Part shown: positions 37,806-51,154 of the stretch, one piece after another
Layout of the letters: the number at the start of each line of letters is the position of its first letter
How positions within the stretch are numbered: the first letter of the stretch is position 1
Source: Paraspadella gotoi
Lineage: Eukaryota; Animalia; Chaetognatha
Length of the DNA: 64,000 nucleotides
Direction: 5' to 3'
NCBI GenBank assembly: GCA_051294375.1
Contig: CM119268.1
Location: forward strand, 20,130,531-20,194,530
Position numbers and translations under genes: made by a program
The notes under the pieces: generated by a model
Told to the model about the DNA's origin: nothing
The model's database searches: none
The model's input: the letters and a program-made list of their open reading frames with translations, nothing else

Positions 37806-40800
37806 TCTCTCTCTCCCTCTCTCTTTTTTTTTTACAAAAAAAAATTTATTCACTTTTTTTTCGCTTTTCTTGTATGTATGAATCAGTGAATCAGTTTAAA
37901 AGTGTTCCTAACTATAAATCTGCAAATCTACAAATGGCTTCCATGTAAGTTTCTGATTGATTGACTGACCGATGACAACAACAAGGAAGAAAACGATTAA
38001 AACGACGGCATAGATGGCGACGAAGACAACAACGAAAATGACGACGAAGACGACAAAAACGACGTCGTAGACGTCGACGAAAATGACGACAAAGATGACA
38101 ACGAAAATGACGACGAAAACGACGACGAAGAGGAAGACAAAACTGACGACGAAGAAGACAACAAAGAAGACGACAAAAACGACGACGAAATTGTCGACAA
38201 TGAAGACGATGAAGAAGACGACAAAAATTATGAAGAAAATGACAATGATGTCGAAGACGATGATGAAAATGAAAATGACGACGAAGAAGACGAAGAGGAC
38301 GACGAAGAAGACAACAAAGAAGGCAACAAAAATGGGTGCTGTCCAGCTTTTCTCTCTCTCTCTCTTTATGATCTCTTGCGTGATCGTTCGTTTTTTGAAA
38401 AATTCTTATTATTTTTTTTCTTCTAAAAACTTATCGCCATTTAATCCGCGCTTTTTATCTTAATACAAAATCCCAAAATACAATAACTTACTTCACCTAG
38501 ATTTCTCTTAAGTAGCCATTACAATAATAACCAGTGGCTGCGCCAATACATGTAAATCGCTTTCAAGGGCTTAAACTGAACTGTTAATGCGGCAATAATA
38601 ATATTTTTTAAAATTTGCATCATTTTTTTTATTTTTTTATTTTTTTAACTTGTATTATTTTTTAGTTTGCATAATTTTTTTCAGCTTGCATAATTTTTTT
38701 AACTTGCATAATTTTTTTAACTTGTATAATTTTTTTAACTCGCATAATTTTTTCAACTTGCATAATTTTTTCAACTTGCATAATTTTTTTAACTTGTATA
38801 ATTTTTTCAACTTGTATAATTTTTTCAACTTGATTAATTTTTTCAACTTGCATAATTTTTTCAACTTGCATAATTTTTTTAGCTTGCATAATTTTTTTAA
38901 CTTGCATAATTTTTTTAACTTGCATAATTTTTTTCAACTTGTATAATTTTTTCAACTTACATAATTTTTTTAACTTGCATAATTTTTTCAACTTGCATAA
39001 TTTTTTCAATTTGCATAATTTTTTTAACTTGCATAAGTTTTTAAACTTGCAGCATTTTTTTAATTTTTAACTATCTAGTTATCAAGTTTCATTAGTGAGG
39101 CAGTGAAGAAATTGAAATGTGTATCCATTTCATTTGTTTTATATCGATTCAAATATTTTTTGTTTGAATTTTCATTTAATTATGATTTACTGCAATATTC
39201 AAATTAGATTATAGTACTTTTTAATTAATTTTCTTTGATATTAAGGTCTGGCGAGATCACTATACTTTTAAGATTTTTTTATGTTTCCGTTGCCATCAAA
39301 ACGCGTTATTAGGTCATGTTCCTTGACATTGTTTACTCGTTGCCCTGCAACGGCCACAAAATTTTCTCAAAAAAATCCACGAAAATCTCAGATGTAAATT
39401 TGGGATTTTGTATTGAAAAAAAAGCGCTGAATAAATGGCGATAATAAAAGTTTTTAGAAGGAAAAAAATAATCAGAATTTTTCAAAAAACGAACGATCAC
39501 GCATGAGATCGTACAGAGAGAGAGAGAGACAGAGAGAGACACAGAGAGAGATAGAGAGATGTACAGTCACTGCAGAGCCTGAACTCGTTTTTTCAGAAAG
39601 AATTTTTTTGGGGATTTTGTATTGAAAAAAAAGCGCGGAATAAATGGCGATAATAAAAGTTTTTAGAAAGAAAAAACTAATCAGAATTTTTCAAAAAACG
39701 AACGATCACGCATGAGATCGTACAGAAAGAGAGAGAGATATGGGGTGAACTTAGGTAATATTTTGCCTGATTAACTGAGCAAAGTGTTACTGAAATTGCC
39801 TAGGTAAAGAAATGATTTTTCTTAATAAATATAGGCAATTTCTGAATCAAAATATTTTGCTTATATTTATTTTTAAAGATAAAAAACAATATATTTTCTT
39901 TTATTGTTATAATTTCGTTATCAACTATATTTTCAATTTGTTATTACTATATTTTAAGCCCAAAAAATACTTTTCGCAGATGGCATGAAATATGAGTATC
40001 AGCATTAAGTTGTAAACTACTTGGCTACTACCAGACCCAGAACCAATAAAATTATTAAAGAAGATTAATTCATTGATAAATAAAAAATTAACAGATAATA
40101 AAGAAATTAGTAATAACAATAAGGATGCATACATTTAAAAAGATTTGCAATGTAACGTATTCAGTTGTATCCTGATATGATTGGAGATTAAAACCTTGAT
40201 CAAAGATGATATAAAAATGAACACAAGACTCAAGTCGCCCAAAAATGTTTTTGTATCTTATTTAGAATGTCAAAGCTCATTAGAATTCTTTGCAGAATAT
40301 TGATATGGATTACTCAATAGTCAATACCTCCCTAGCTGTTTATATTAAAAAATTCGAGCTCGATATGGAAAGTAAATATCCTATGGATATGATTTTCAAA
40401 TAAAAAAAAATCTAAAAAAATTCTCCTTCTATTTTTTTCATCATCAACAAAGATTTTAACTCAAAGTAAAAAATAACATTCTTGAACATACTGAAAAATG
40501 TTTATTTTAATTAAAAACAACTATATAATAGACTCCAACCCCATTCACCAAACACCAAAATATAGTTTTAGCTATTACTTTTTTTTATAAAATTATTTTA
40601 TGTTTCATTAAAAATATTTGGCCTAAAACTAATTGAATTTCAATGTTGAGCAAATTAAAGTTTTATATTTGATAAAGATTTTGTTTAAAAATTAATACCG
40701 AAAATATCCTATTTTGTTACTTTTTATTTATTATATGAAAATTTGCAAAATTACTTATTTCAATATCTTATATTTTTATATTTTATGAATGTTTTACTAT

Positions 40801-40934
40801 TTAAACTTAGAGAAAAACAAAGTTTATTTGTTTATTTATAACGATTTTTATTTTTACATAGGGACATGATTCGGCTTTATGTATAAGCCTTCAACAGCGT
40901 TTGAATAATCAGACAAATTTTTCTCTTAACATTG

Positions 40935-40982
<48 letters not shown>

Positions 40983-43481
40983 TGAGAGAGAGAGAAAGAG
41001 AGAGAGAGAGAGAAGAAAGAGAGAGAGATAAACGTTCCAACAAAGGTTGAGAAAAAGACAGTGGTCAGATTGAGGACAGGTGAGGTAATGCTTTACTATT
41101 TAAACTATATTATTTAATTATATATATTATTATTTTAAAAATATTATTTGCTTATTATATCTAATAACTCATTTTGGAGGAGGAGGTCTGTGTTGTCTTC
41201 TGGAAATCGAAATACAACACTAGGTTAGACTACAATAGAATACAATTACTACAATATTTAATATTTAATACAATATTTAATATTTAATACAATATTTAAT
41301 ATCATTTGGCTTCAAATTATTAAAGATAACCTTTCCCTTTTAAATCTTAGCAAATTAGATCATAAGTTTATCAGTTATGTCTTAAAGTTTTAAAGATCTT
41401 TTCCTCAATTAAAAATTGCCTACTTTTATTCAGTTAACTACTAGGTAAACCAAAAAATTGTCTATTACCTATTTAAGAAAAAATCTTTGCCTAAGTTCAC
41501 CCCTTAGAGAGAGACAGAGAGAGACAGAGAGAGACAGAAAGAAACAGAGAGAGACAAAGCTGGACAGTTGCTGGAAGGCCGCGTACAGTCACTGCAGAGC
41601 CTGAACTCGTTTTTTCAGAAAGAAAAAAAAATATATATGTATAATTTAAAGAAATAAAATAAAGACTAAAATATGTTACAATTGGAAATTTTTCCCATTT
41701 TTTTCAATCATAGGTTGTAAAAGATTTTATTTTGTATTAAAATTAAGATATAGCTTCTCATTAAAAAGGTCTTTTGATTTCCCATGTTTATTATAGATTT
41801 AAAAATTTTTTTTTGAATTTCATCTTCAATATTATATACTGCAATATGTAAATTAGATTAAAGCATTTCAATATACTAATTTGGATATTATAATGAGTAC
41901 TATAATCTCATTTGCATATTGCAGTAAATCATAAAGAGGTGGAAATTCAAACAAAAAATACTTAAATCCAAATGTAATAAGAAAATATTAAAGCTATTTC
42001 AAGATGAGAAGCCATATCTAAATTTTTAACTTACTATGAACGCACACTTTTGTAAAACTTCATCATCATTCATAATAATTTTTATTTAAAAAAAAAGGTA
42101 AGTCCCAGCCTAAACTATAAAAGCGCAGTAGTTTTTATATAAAAACAGAGTGACGCCGACGACGACGACGACGACGACGTCACAAAAAAGAAATCCTAAA
42201 ACATTATAGATAATAAATGTCTGACTGAATTCTCTGTCTCTCTCTCTCTCCCCGTCCCCCTACCTCTCAGCCCGATTGGCCAACGCGCTTCCGCCCACAG
42301 TTCGATCGTGTTTCGAGTTGATGTCAGCAACTTTAGGTTTGTAAATCGGACCGGGTCCTTCCAACTTGTCGCCTGACGACCCGATGGCGACTGCGGAAGA
42401 GGAAGAGGGGAAAGGGCAGGAGGATTTTTGTATTGTTTATATTGTTTTATGTCACATTACATCAGCTTAAACACAAAAAACAGTTATTGTTGTACGATTT
42501 GGGTACTTCTTCATGAATCGTTCTAACTTAATTACTTTCTTGCTTAAATTGTAAAACTTCTTTCTTATCTTGTCTCTCTCTCTCTCTTTCCCGTTTTTAT
42601 CGAGCCTACCGGCGAAGCTGGTTCAGGCTCGATATTGATTCGGGTGAGCTTCTTTGTGACGTCGTCGTCGTCGTCGTCGTCGTCGTCGGCGTCACGCATT
42701 TTTATATAAAAACTACTACGCTTTTATAGTTTTGGCTGGGACTTACCGTTTCTTTTTTTAAATAAAAATTATTATAAATTACAATGAAGTTTTATACAAG
42801 TGTGCGATCATAGTAAGTTAAAAATTTAGATATGACTTCTCATCTTGAAATAGCTCTGAAATTTTTATATTACATTTGGATTCAAGTATATTTTGTTTGA
42901 ATTTCCACTTCATTATGTAGTATATAATATTGAAGATGAAATTCAATTTTTTTTTTTAAATCTATAATAAAAATGGGAAATCAAAGGACCTTTTTAATGA
43001 GAAGCTATATCTTAATTTTAATACAAATAAAAATAAAATCTTTTACAAGCTATGATTGGAAAAAATTATAAAAGTTTCCAATTGTAAACAATTGTAACAT
43101 TTTTTTTCCTTTCTTAAATTATATATAAATTTTTCTTCTTATTTTTGTCAGTTGCTGCCTTTTCTGAACCATTTAAAAACGAGTTCAGGCTCTGCAGTGA
43201 CTGTTCAGCTGCCTTCCAGCGGCTGTCTAGCTATCTCTCTCTCTCTCTTTCTCTCTCTGTCTCTGTCTGTCTTTCTTTTTCTCTTTCTGTCTCTCTCTGT
43301 CTCTCTCGGTCTCTCTCTCTCTCTGTACGATCTCTTGCGTGATCGTTTTTTTTTAAATTTTGATTATTTTTTTCCTTTTAAAAACTTTTATTATCGCCTC
43401 GATTTTTTCTCAATGCAAAATCCCAAATTTACATCCGAGATTTCTGTGGATTTATTCACTTTCTTTCTCTCTCTCTTTCAA

Positions 43482-43519
<38 letters not shown>

Positions 43520-44450
43520 ACTCATACACGCATTTGCTTGTTTTATTTATGATGAATGATTCATTGCGTCAATGAATGACTATCATCGCATCAATGAATG
43601 ACTATCATCGTATCAATGAATGATTATCATCACATCAATGAATGACTATCATCGCATCAACCATTTGGTTATTATCACATCAATCATTTGGTAATCATAA
43701 AATCGATCGTTTGGTTATCATCGCATCAATTATTGGTTATCATCGCATCAATATTTGGTTATCATCGCATCAATCATTTGGTTATCATCGCATCAATATT
43801 TGGTTATCATCGCATCAGTCATTTGGTTATCATCCCATCAATGCTTTGGTTATCATCGCACCAATATTTGGTTATCATTGAAGGGAGGCTCGATCCTATT
43901 CTTTTAAGATTTTTCTCCTACTTTTTTATGATATTCGCCTGCTCATAATTTTTAACTCCTTAACTTCTAAACTTCTTAATGCATCAATGGAATATCATTG
44001 ACGGAATTTCCTAATCTATCATTTTTATCAAACGATGAAATTATCAACGAAATAAAGAACCAAACAATCTCTAGTGATATTACGAAAGCGATGTTAGCAC
44101 ATTAATAATTAATACTAGTTCACCGCTGTGATTGAACGGAGTCAGTCTTTGGCCGACATAAGCCCGATTGTCCGCGAGTACGTCGAGATTGTAGCGGCCA
44201 GGTCCGACAGCTCTGGGCGTGCAGTTTAAGCCGAATTGGATCTGGAAAAAGAATCGGTTCTTACGAGATTCGAATGAAACGAGTTTTTTTCAATGTTTTA
44301 CAATGTAATATCAAAATATGGAATTATTTTAAGATTCGCTAATAGTCTGAGGAAACGGTTCTTGCTGCCCCGTCACTTCTGTCAGGTAAAACTAATTCTG
44401 TTTTGAACAAACAAACTTACGTTTCTCGCTTGGCGATCGTAGACCGACAT
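11668..44450 (-). CDS. STPG2: Sperm-tail PG-rich repeat (SHIPPO/PGPGxY) protein, STPG2-like; multi-exon, 3' end not resolved
   Basis: Minus-strand exons with compatible phases: 44450-44421 (MSVYDRQARN), 44241-44124 (TPRAVGPGRYN...PF), 42390-42264 (GPGPIYKP...GGSALANRAER), 36217-36141 (FVYKANDVPGPGTYD), 31021-30925, 30435-30298 (VPTIPDRERSFGYSITRDGKL), 29993-~29908 (YRGCKFGSRT), 26219-26171 (SGPPPNSY), 12155-12050 (..SDTPG), 11784-11668 (PDAYN...APFNVGAIRF...NPGPG). The YDR-x-x-R start, VGPGxY and VPxIP..SxGY motifs fit STPG2. Exons between 26171 and 12155 and below 11668 are uncertain. Confidence 0.82.
13258..14218. mobile_element. TIR element with ~80-bp imperfect inverted repeats
   Basis: gtaaaaactatgtaaaccgtctggtagactcgccgttcaac at 13258, inverted at 14135-14218; related end at ~33300-33325. 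Confidence 0.7.
14866..14875. other. Assembly gap
   Basis: Run of 10 N. Confidence 1.
14996..15175. repeat. Palindromic PLE pseudo-LTR remnant
   Basis: ~85-bp inverted arms around the hammerhead at 15078; same atcct..ttcgttgt leader as the copies near 1784 and 2892. Confidence 0.75.
15078..15119 (+). ncRNA. Minimal type I hammerhead ribozyme motif (PLE type), core intact
   Basis: AGCG-CTGATGA-aggcttgaacaagagcc-GAAA-CATGTC-CGTT: conserved core, stem II ggct/agcc, palindromic ACATGT stem III, GUC cleavage triplet, stem I AGCG/CGTT. Confidence 0.85.
15580..17656 (+). pseudogene. Decayed Ty3/Gypsy pol fragment (RT end, RNase H, integrase N-terminus)
   Basis: RT-connection motif LRAMLASLNYYRCF; RNase H YADAS..MGG, PLSFHSK, ILETLA, VTDS, NPANFLTR; integrase H..GHPG...C..C and PWESLSIDVMHLP...YILVASD; several stops and frameshifts. 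Confidence 0.9.
20001..21977 (+). repeat. ~2-kb dispersed repeat, second copy at 45989-47996
   Basis: Colinear high similarity from aagatgaagcaatatagctcg to cagtaacgttacgccatttttcatt; probably the internal part of a DNA transposon. Confidence 0.9.
22140..23110 (+). pseudogene. Possible decayed DNA-transposase N-terminal exons
   Basis: Protein-like ORFs (VADRIQLTN...LSRETIRTVR) resembling DNA transposase N-terminal regions, next to the 2-kb repeat; family not assigned. Confidence 0.4.
23578..24270 (-). mobile_element. DINE-1/Helentron-associated non-autonomous element, family A
   Basis: Minus strand: TT-AGTCGGATCTGCT..AGCAGATCCCGACT 5' hairpin, (GTCC)n microsatellite, 3' subTIR CAGATCC(G/A)AC, end CTTGTTTT. 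Confidence 0.8.
25390..25644 (-). mobile_element. GC-rich, multi-hairpin solo-LTR-like element
   Basis: Minus-strand termini TATGG...CCACA; TSD ATAT on both sides; at least six short hairpins. Confidence 0.7.
26808..27359. repeat. 39-bp tandem repeat, ~14 units
   Basis: Unit tgcccaatcgtagaatctcataacattatgggtcagacc; degenerate units at 26335-26455; one extra unit at 29870-29918. Confidence 0.95.
28211..29739 (-). mobile_element. DINE-1-like family A copy (longer, composite)
   Basis: Same termini as 23578-24270; internal imperfect tandem blocks (catttaaactcatttccact). Confidence 0.8.
31075..31118 (-). ncRNA. Minimal hammerhead ribozyme motif, core intact
   Basis: Minus strand: ACG-CTGATGA-agactc..gagtc-GAAA-CATGTC-CGT. 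Confidence 0.85.
32962..33289 (-). mobile_element. ~330-bp purine-skewed element with 5-bp TSD
   Basis: TSD GCAGC; other copies at 11221-11410 (TSD TAAAC, internally deleted) and 8940-9873 (hosts the TRIM). Confidence 0.8.
33375..34406 (+). mobile_element. Non-autonomous LTR element (TRIM) with Pol II-type LTRs
   Basis: LTRs 33375-33547 and ~34168-34406 (TG...CTTCA); PBS TGGTGAG; PPT GGGGGGA+TG; TSD CTAT; TATAAAA (3' LTR) and AATAAA motifs. Confidence 0.85.
34881..35225. repeat. 18-bp tandem repeat (gttgaccaaattatgcca)
   Basis: Direct tandem units, related in sequence to the 19-bp family D repeat. Confidence 0.9.
36232..39280. repeat. Two oppositely oriented family D elements carrying a ~19-bp minisatellite (aaaaaattatgcaagttg)
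   Basis: 36232-36982 and ~38620-39280 are inverted copies; subTIR ATCTCGCCA; arrays at 36440-36970 and 38640-39050. Confidence 0.8.
37972..38330 (+). repeat. (GAC/GAA)n low-complexity tract
   Basis: Degenerate trinucleotide repeat inside repeat-derived sequence. Confidence 0.8.
39742..41504. mobile_element. Short-TIR element (GGGGTGAACTTAGG)
   Basis: 14-bp perfect inverted termini; TSD unclear. Confidence 0.5.
42599..43912 (+). mobile_element. DINE-1/Helentron-like family B, full copy
   Basis: 5' ATCGAGCCT..AGGCTCGAT hairpin, (GTC)n, internal 21-bp repeats (tatcatcgcatcaatgaatga), 3' subTIR AGGCTCGATCC. Partial copies at ~230-827(-), 36990-37800, 41510-42185(-) and 44759-45650; 3' ends at 9875-10135 and 18340-18665. 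Confidence 0.8.
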
Positions 44451-47400
44451 TGTTTAATGTTTATGGTATGTTTTTTTTTAAATTAATTACTAAATTTACA
44501 AATAAACGCCTGATGTTTGGCGTCAGTGAAAAAAAAACCAAGGGCGAATAAAAAGTTTACATTTTTAAATATTTTTGAACCAATCAAAAATACTTTACAA
44601 TGCCATTTTAACAAACTTCTGTAGACCGCATAATCACGTAATTAATACTATCGCTCTCCTGTAGTAGATGGGGGGGCTATTTGGGGCAAGTCCGAATTTC
44701 GACACTGTACTCGGCAAAAAGTTGAAATTTCTATTGCTGAATATTGTTTACTACTTTTTATCGAGCCATGACCGGCGAAGCCGGTTCAGGCTTGATTTTG
44801 TTTCGGGAGAGCTTCTTTGTGACGTCGTCGTCGTCGTCGTCGGCGTCACGCTGTTTTTATCGAGCCATGACCGGCGAAGCCGGTTCAGGCTTGATTTTGT
44901 TTCGGGTGAGCTTCTTTGTGACGAAGTCGTCGTCGGCGTCGTTGTCGTCGTCGGCGTCGGCGTCACGCTGTTTTTATATAAACTACTACGGTGACTTACC
45001 GTTTTTTTTTTAAATAAAAATTATTATGAATTATGATAAAGTTTTACAAAAGTGTGCGATCATAGTAAGTTAAAAATTTAGATATGGCTTCTCATCTTGA
45101 AATAGCTTTGATATTTTCTTATTACATATGGATTTAAGTATTTTTTGTTTGAATTTCCACTTCATTATGATTTACTGCAATATGCAATTGAGATTATAGT
45201 ACTCATTATAATATCCAAATTAGTATATAGAAATGCTTTAATCTAATTTACATATTGCAGTATATAATATTGAAGATGAAATTCAAAAAAAAATTTTTTA
45301 AATCTATAATAAAAATGGGAACTCAAAGGAACTTTTTAATGAGAAGCTATATCTTAATTTTAATACAAATAAAAATAAAATCGTTAACAACCATGATTGG
45401 AAAAATTATAAAAATTTCCAATTGTAAACCATTGTAATATTTTTTGCCTTTATTTTATTTATTTTTTAATTATATATATATTTTTTTTCAGGCGCTGCCT
45501 TTTCTGAATCGTTAAAGAACGAGTTCAGGGTCTCTCTCTCAGTCTCTCTCTGTCTCTTCTTTGAGTGCGTCTGTCTCTCTCTGTACGATCTCTGCGTGAT
45601 TGTTCGTTTTTTGAAAAATTCTGATTATTTTTTTTCTTCTAAAAAAAAAATATATTTGATCAGGCGCTGCCTTTCTGAATCGTTTAAAAACGAGTTTAGG
45701 CTCTCTCTCTCTCTCTCCGTCTCCCTCTCTCTCTCTCTCTTTCTCTCTATCTCTCTCTCTCCCCTTTTTTTTTTTACAAAAAAAAATTATTCACTTTTTT
45801 TTTCACCACCGTCACAAGGCGACGAGTTCCGGATCTCTCTCTCTCTTCTCTCTCTCTCTCTCTATCTTTCTCTCTATCTGTCTCTTTTTCTCTCTCTCTC
45901 TCTCTACCTCTTTTTTTTTACAAAAAAAAAAATTTTTAGACACTTTTTTTTCACCACCGTCACTAGGCGACGAGTAAACGAGTAAACGAAGATGAAGCAA
46001 TATAGCTCGAAATGCTTACAAAATTTTAGACCATTGCTTTTATAAATGCAAAAAGAATATTAATATTTTTAAAACAAAACTTTAACGATAACTTAATAGT
46101 TAACCGAGACCAAGATGAATATTTTTTACCATCATTTTTTCAATATATGTATATTAGCTTGTAATTAGTCAATTAATCTAAATAATAATATGACGAATTC
46201 ATTTTCATTTTTTTTATGAATGGGAAGTTTTCTCTGTTTACCCCCTTGTGTCTAATCATCTAATATTTTAAAGATATTTTCAAAAACCTTATATAATTAC
46301 TATATTTTTCACTTTTTTTCAATTCTTTAAAACAAAAACAACATCATAAAAACATTTTAAATAAATAAAAAAAATTGATTGAATGATTTTGAAAAAAAAT
46401 ATTTTGAAACTTGAAAATAATGGATTTCAAGTTAGGAAAACAATTTTGCAATTCTAAAAAAATCAGCTTCTAGCCTTTCAATTTTTCTAGAGGCTGATTT
46501 TTTTATTTTTTTGATATTTTGATTTTCTATACAAAACCATTATTCTCAATGAGCATAGGTCAGACAAACTTTTTTTTCAACAATTTGAAAAAATTTCAAC
46601 TTTTTTAATTAGGCTTTTTGGGGGAAATAAATAAATCAATTGTTATAGGATGGGTACATCTGAAAGTGATATGTCTCTAAATGACAAAAAAATTTTCTTC
46701 AAGTTTTATTTTGAAATTTAAGTATTGTACCAATAGAAATAAGTGAGATACTCCCGCTTTGCAGAAATTTTTATTTAACAAAGATTTGTACTGCGTGGTT
46801 TTAAAAAAAATATTTTTTTAAATAACTTTTGAAAGAAAAGAGGTAACAAGGTGGGTGTGGTATCAAATTAAAGCCCTCTTCATGGGACACCTTTCTAAAA
46901 GAGTTTTATTAAATTAAATCCATAAATCTTTACACAGCTTTTGTTTAAATCAGAGTTAATAGTATAACAGTTTTTTGCTTTAAAAACTTTAATGAAGGCA
47001 TATGAAATTTTTTATTTTTTTTGTAATTTAAAAAAGGAAAGACTGAATTACTATTAAATTTTCTTTATTCCATAAAATTGCTTATATTTTTCAGTTAAAG
47101 TGAAAAACAAGTAAAAATTTATGTTGTAGCTTAAAAAAATATCTTTTTAAATATGAAAAATAATAAATACAAAAATGTTTTCAGCTTGATCTAAACAGTC
47201 TGAACGTCTACCTTCTTGTCTGTGAAAAAAAAATTGTCATTTTTTTTTATCTTTAACTGCAAATAAAAAGCTTGACACACTGCTTGTTTATCATAATAAA
47301 GTTTTAAAAAATTACACAGCTGGCAACATATTTGAAAAAGCAAGAAATCATTGTGTTAAATTGTATTTATAATTTTCTTTTAAATATAGCAAGGAATTTA

Positions 47401-47997
47401 ATTCTATTATTTATCATCCATTTTAATTAAGAAAAAATATTTCTCGTAATAGCCCATTGGAAAGGGTTCATTGACTGACTTAATGATGGCATTTTTTAGA
47501 TTTCTTTCTGCCCCCATTTTACAAGATATAAAGATGTATAAAGATATAAAGATATATCTGTACTCTTTCTGCAACCTGCATTCCAATTTTTTTTTCTCTT
47601 TCAAATATATTAAATAAAAAAAATTATTTGAGAGAAAAATTGGCGTGGAGGATGCCATTAGTAAGCCTTAGTTACCCCACTTCCCGATTGAATTTTTAAA
47701 TGAGGTTATTTTTCAATCTATTTGAGACATAACACTAACTATTGGTATTATTAATTTTTTTATTTTATTTTATTACAATTTTATGTATAAATATGAATAA
47801 GTAACTTTTTAACGAAATTTATCATCTTTCACCCTATATTCAGTCATATCTAAAAAACAAAAAAAAAACATTTTGCATTGATATTTTATATATCAATATA
47901 TGAAACTATAACGTTTCAAAAAATTAAAAAATATAATAATATTGAACAGTGAATTTTTTTTATGCACGGAACAGTAACGTTACGCCATTTTTCATTT

Positions 47998-48356
47998 TGT
48001 TTTAAATGGAAAAAACAAAAAAAATAATTTCACTATTTGAACACCAATTACTCATGAGTGGATGGGACAATTAACCTGAAATTTTATATGTGGGTAGGAA
48101 AGTGTGTGATTAAGCTGGAAATCATGTTTCGATGGAATCGTTTGAGTGGAAATGAGTTTAAATGGAAAAAAACAAAAAACCTGTTTCACTAATTGAATAT
48201 GCTTATTTTTCTATTTATATTAAATCTGGGAGAGAAAAACAATTTATTTTTTTTTATCAACGAATTGTATTATTGTTAAGACATGTTTCGACTCTTGAGT
48301 TTTAGAGTCTTCATCAGTTATGACAATCACTGATTTCTTACTCTTTAACATTAGGT

Positions 48357-48392
<36 letters not shown>

Positions 48393-48868
48393 AAAAGAGG
48401 GAGTTTCCAACAAAGAATTGAGCAAAGGACAGTGGTCAGATATGAGGACAGGTGAAGGTAAGATCAGGGGAAGAAGTAAGTTGGGTGAAATTTGAAATGA
48501 GAGAGAGAGAGAGAGAGAGAGACAGGGTAAGAGAAAATCTTTACATTTTTTGTAATGTATAACAATGATAAAGAAATAAAATAACAAACTTAAGAGTTAA
48601 ACTAATAGTAACATTGGAAAATAAATTAATGAGTTTAATATATATATATATTAAATATGCAAGATGTATGATGTATGCAAGATGTCTTAATTAATCAAAT
48701 AATTAATCAGTTACTTAATCAATTAGTCAATTAATTAATCAATAATTAATTAATCAGTCAATCAATCAAAACAAACATTTCGGATCAAAAATTAATCAAA
48801 TTAATTAATTAATTAATTACCGATAATGATCGTGGGCAGATCCGACATTGTTTCATCAAACTTGTTTA
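47998..48868 (+). mobile_element. DINE-1-like family A partial copy interrupted by a PLE pseudo-LTR
   Basis: Reverse complement of the family A body; ends gcagatccgacattgtttcatcaaacttgttt; insertion at ~48225-48640 carries the hammerhead. Confidence 0.65.
48277..48320 (-). ncRNA. Minimal hammerhead ribozyme motif, core intact
   Basis: Minus strand: TAA-CTGATGA-agactc..gagtc-GAAA-CATGTC-TTA. Stem I is TAA/TTA, compensatory relative to ACG/CGT in the 31075 copy. Confidence 0.8.
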
Positions 48869-50065
48869 GATTTGAAAGGGCTTTCAGAAGATAATAATAT
48901 TAATATTATTTTATTTCAAATTTCTTCAGAAAACTTACGTACTTAAGAGAAAAAATAGAATCTAAAAGAGTGAGTTTGAAAATTAGAGACGATTTTCAAA
49001 TCCATCTTCCAGCTATCATTGCTGAGGCATATCAAAGTCGATTCTGATAATATTTGTATATATAAATAATTTAGGTTTTTACTTTTAAATTTATATTTAA
49101 CATTGAAAAAAATGACAGCTTTTTACCTGCGCTTGTAACATTTTCAACATGTAATCTCATAACATAAGCTTACTTAGTTACTTACTTACTTACCAAGCTT
49201 ACTTTTCTGTCTTTCTTACTTTCCTTCTTGAATTCTTCCCTTTTATATTCTTTCTCACTATAGCTCTCAGAGAGAAATATGGCTGAAGGAGAAAGAGGAC
49301 TGGGAAAAAGAAAAAAAAGAAAAAAAAAACAGAGAAGAAAACGAGAGTTGAAAAACATGTTTTTTTCTCTTCAGTTTCGTTAAGCAAAACGTGGAGTGAA
49401 TGTAACGTGAATGGGCGTATCACGGTTAAACTATCTTGGTTACATCGACGATTTCGAGGGCTTTAAACTTTAAACTGCCCTAAAAAGCTACCTTATCTTA
49501 TATTTTGTAAGTATTAATATGAAGCCATAGAATCGACAAATAAACCTTCGACAAGAAAAAAAACAAACGCTCTCAGTTCGCTCGATTTCACCATCGTAAC
49601 TCGAGCGTCTTCTTTTACCTTTATCTCGTTTCCGTTATTTCAGTTACATTTATTTCGTATTTTACAATGTACAGTGCATCCGTAGTTTTCATTTGACGCC
49701 CATTTCTCTATCGTTATAAAGGGTCTGCGTTGTAAAAAGTCCACTTTTATCGTTTAATGAAAGCACAAGAATGATTAAATATATCAAGGTGCTCTCGGTA
49801 AGGTTCGATCGTGCGAATGTTTCTCCTTATAAGGAAACGCGTTTTTGTATCGGTTTCTCTCGTTTTTCTCTCGAGATAATACAATGTGTTCCGTTTAAAA
49901 CAAACATTTTGAATGATAGCACAGAAGTAGGAAAGAGCCTCTTCAAATAGTTTTTTTGAGTTTTCATAAATGGTACAGAACAACTGATCAATTCTAATTT
50001 TCTAGTGGACAATAGGCATGGGCTCTTTCTAACTCACAATTTAAGCAGACATTTTTGTTGGAAAC

Positions 50066-50108
<43 letters not shown>

Positions 50109-51154
50109 GGATGAAAGCTTCGAGGGAACATTAAGAAGAGCGAGGAACGAAACTCTGCCCAAGGGGATGTAGATAATGAGGAGGAGAACGAAGAATTGAC
50201 AGAGGGAGAGGGAGAAAGGGAGGATATAGTTAGGGGTAGCCGCACTCAATGGGGTGAGTCAAAAATTTAGAGTCAGTACATGCGCAAACGAATATTTAGA
50301 CATTTTTAAGAATACTTTCAATGGAAAAAAATTTCTAATATGGCTCTATACCCTAGTAATTAATTTTTATATATTTATTTATAGATAGGAAAGGCCAAAA
50401 ATTTTTTTCCGAATTTTTAAATTTTAAGATTTTATCAGTTTTTTTATATTTTCACTTGGAAAACGTAAGGATTTATAAAAGCTGTAATTATATTCCTTGT
50501 TTAACTTTTTATGCTCTATCAGAATCCATCAACAAATTTTAAGATTTTTGTAAAAAAATTTTGCTCTATATAGTAATATAATATTTTTAATTAAAGGTGC
50601 CCCTATAGACCTTTCCCCAGTATGTATCCCTATCAGAACATACAATTCTACATGGTAGTCTTATCCCTATTGGTAAAAAAATCATATATTACGTTGGCCC
50701 CCCTAAAAAAAAAATTATCCATTCCCACCCCTTTCTGTTCAGCCTTTTAGATATTATGATTTTTCATTAATGACTTTCTAACAGAAATGATGTGTGATAT
50801 CTATTAGAAAACTAGGACAGATAGTAATCTAACCTTGAGTTGTATAGATGCTCCCTCTATTTCCAGAAGACAACACTGACTTCCCCTTCCCAAATTGAAT
50901 TATTAGATAAATAAAACTTTTTTAAAAAAGAAAGCATTATATATTTGTTTAAATAATATAGATTAAATACTAAATCCTTCATAAAATATAAAAATAGAAA
51001 ATAGTGAAACAAGTAATTTGCAAATTTTCATAATATTTTTAATTAGGCTAGTACCCTCAGAAGAAAGCATTTTTGACAAAAACTAATTTAATAACATAAT
51101 GATAATCTATGGTCATGATAGATTATTTTAACGCTGTATACATTAGCCTAAAAT

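Noticed and set aside
36416-39009. ORFs such as (KKLCKL)n, (FFNLHN)n and the K/T- or S-rich ORFs
   Set aside because: They are translations of minisatellites and trinucleotide tracts.
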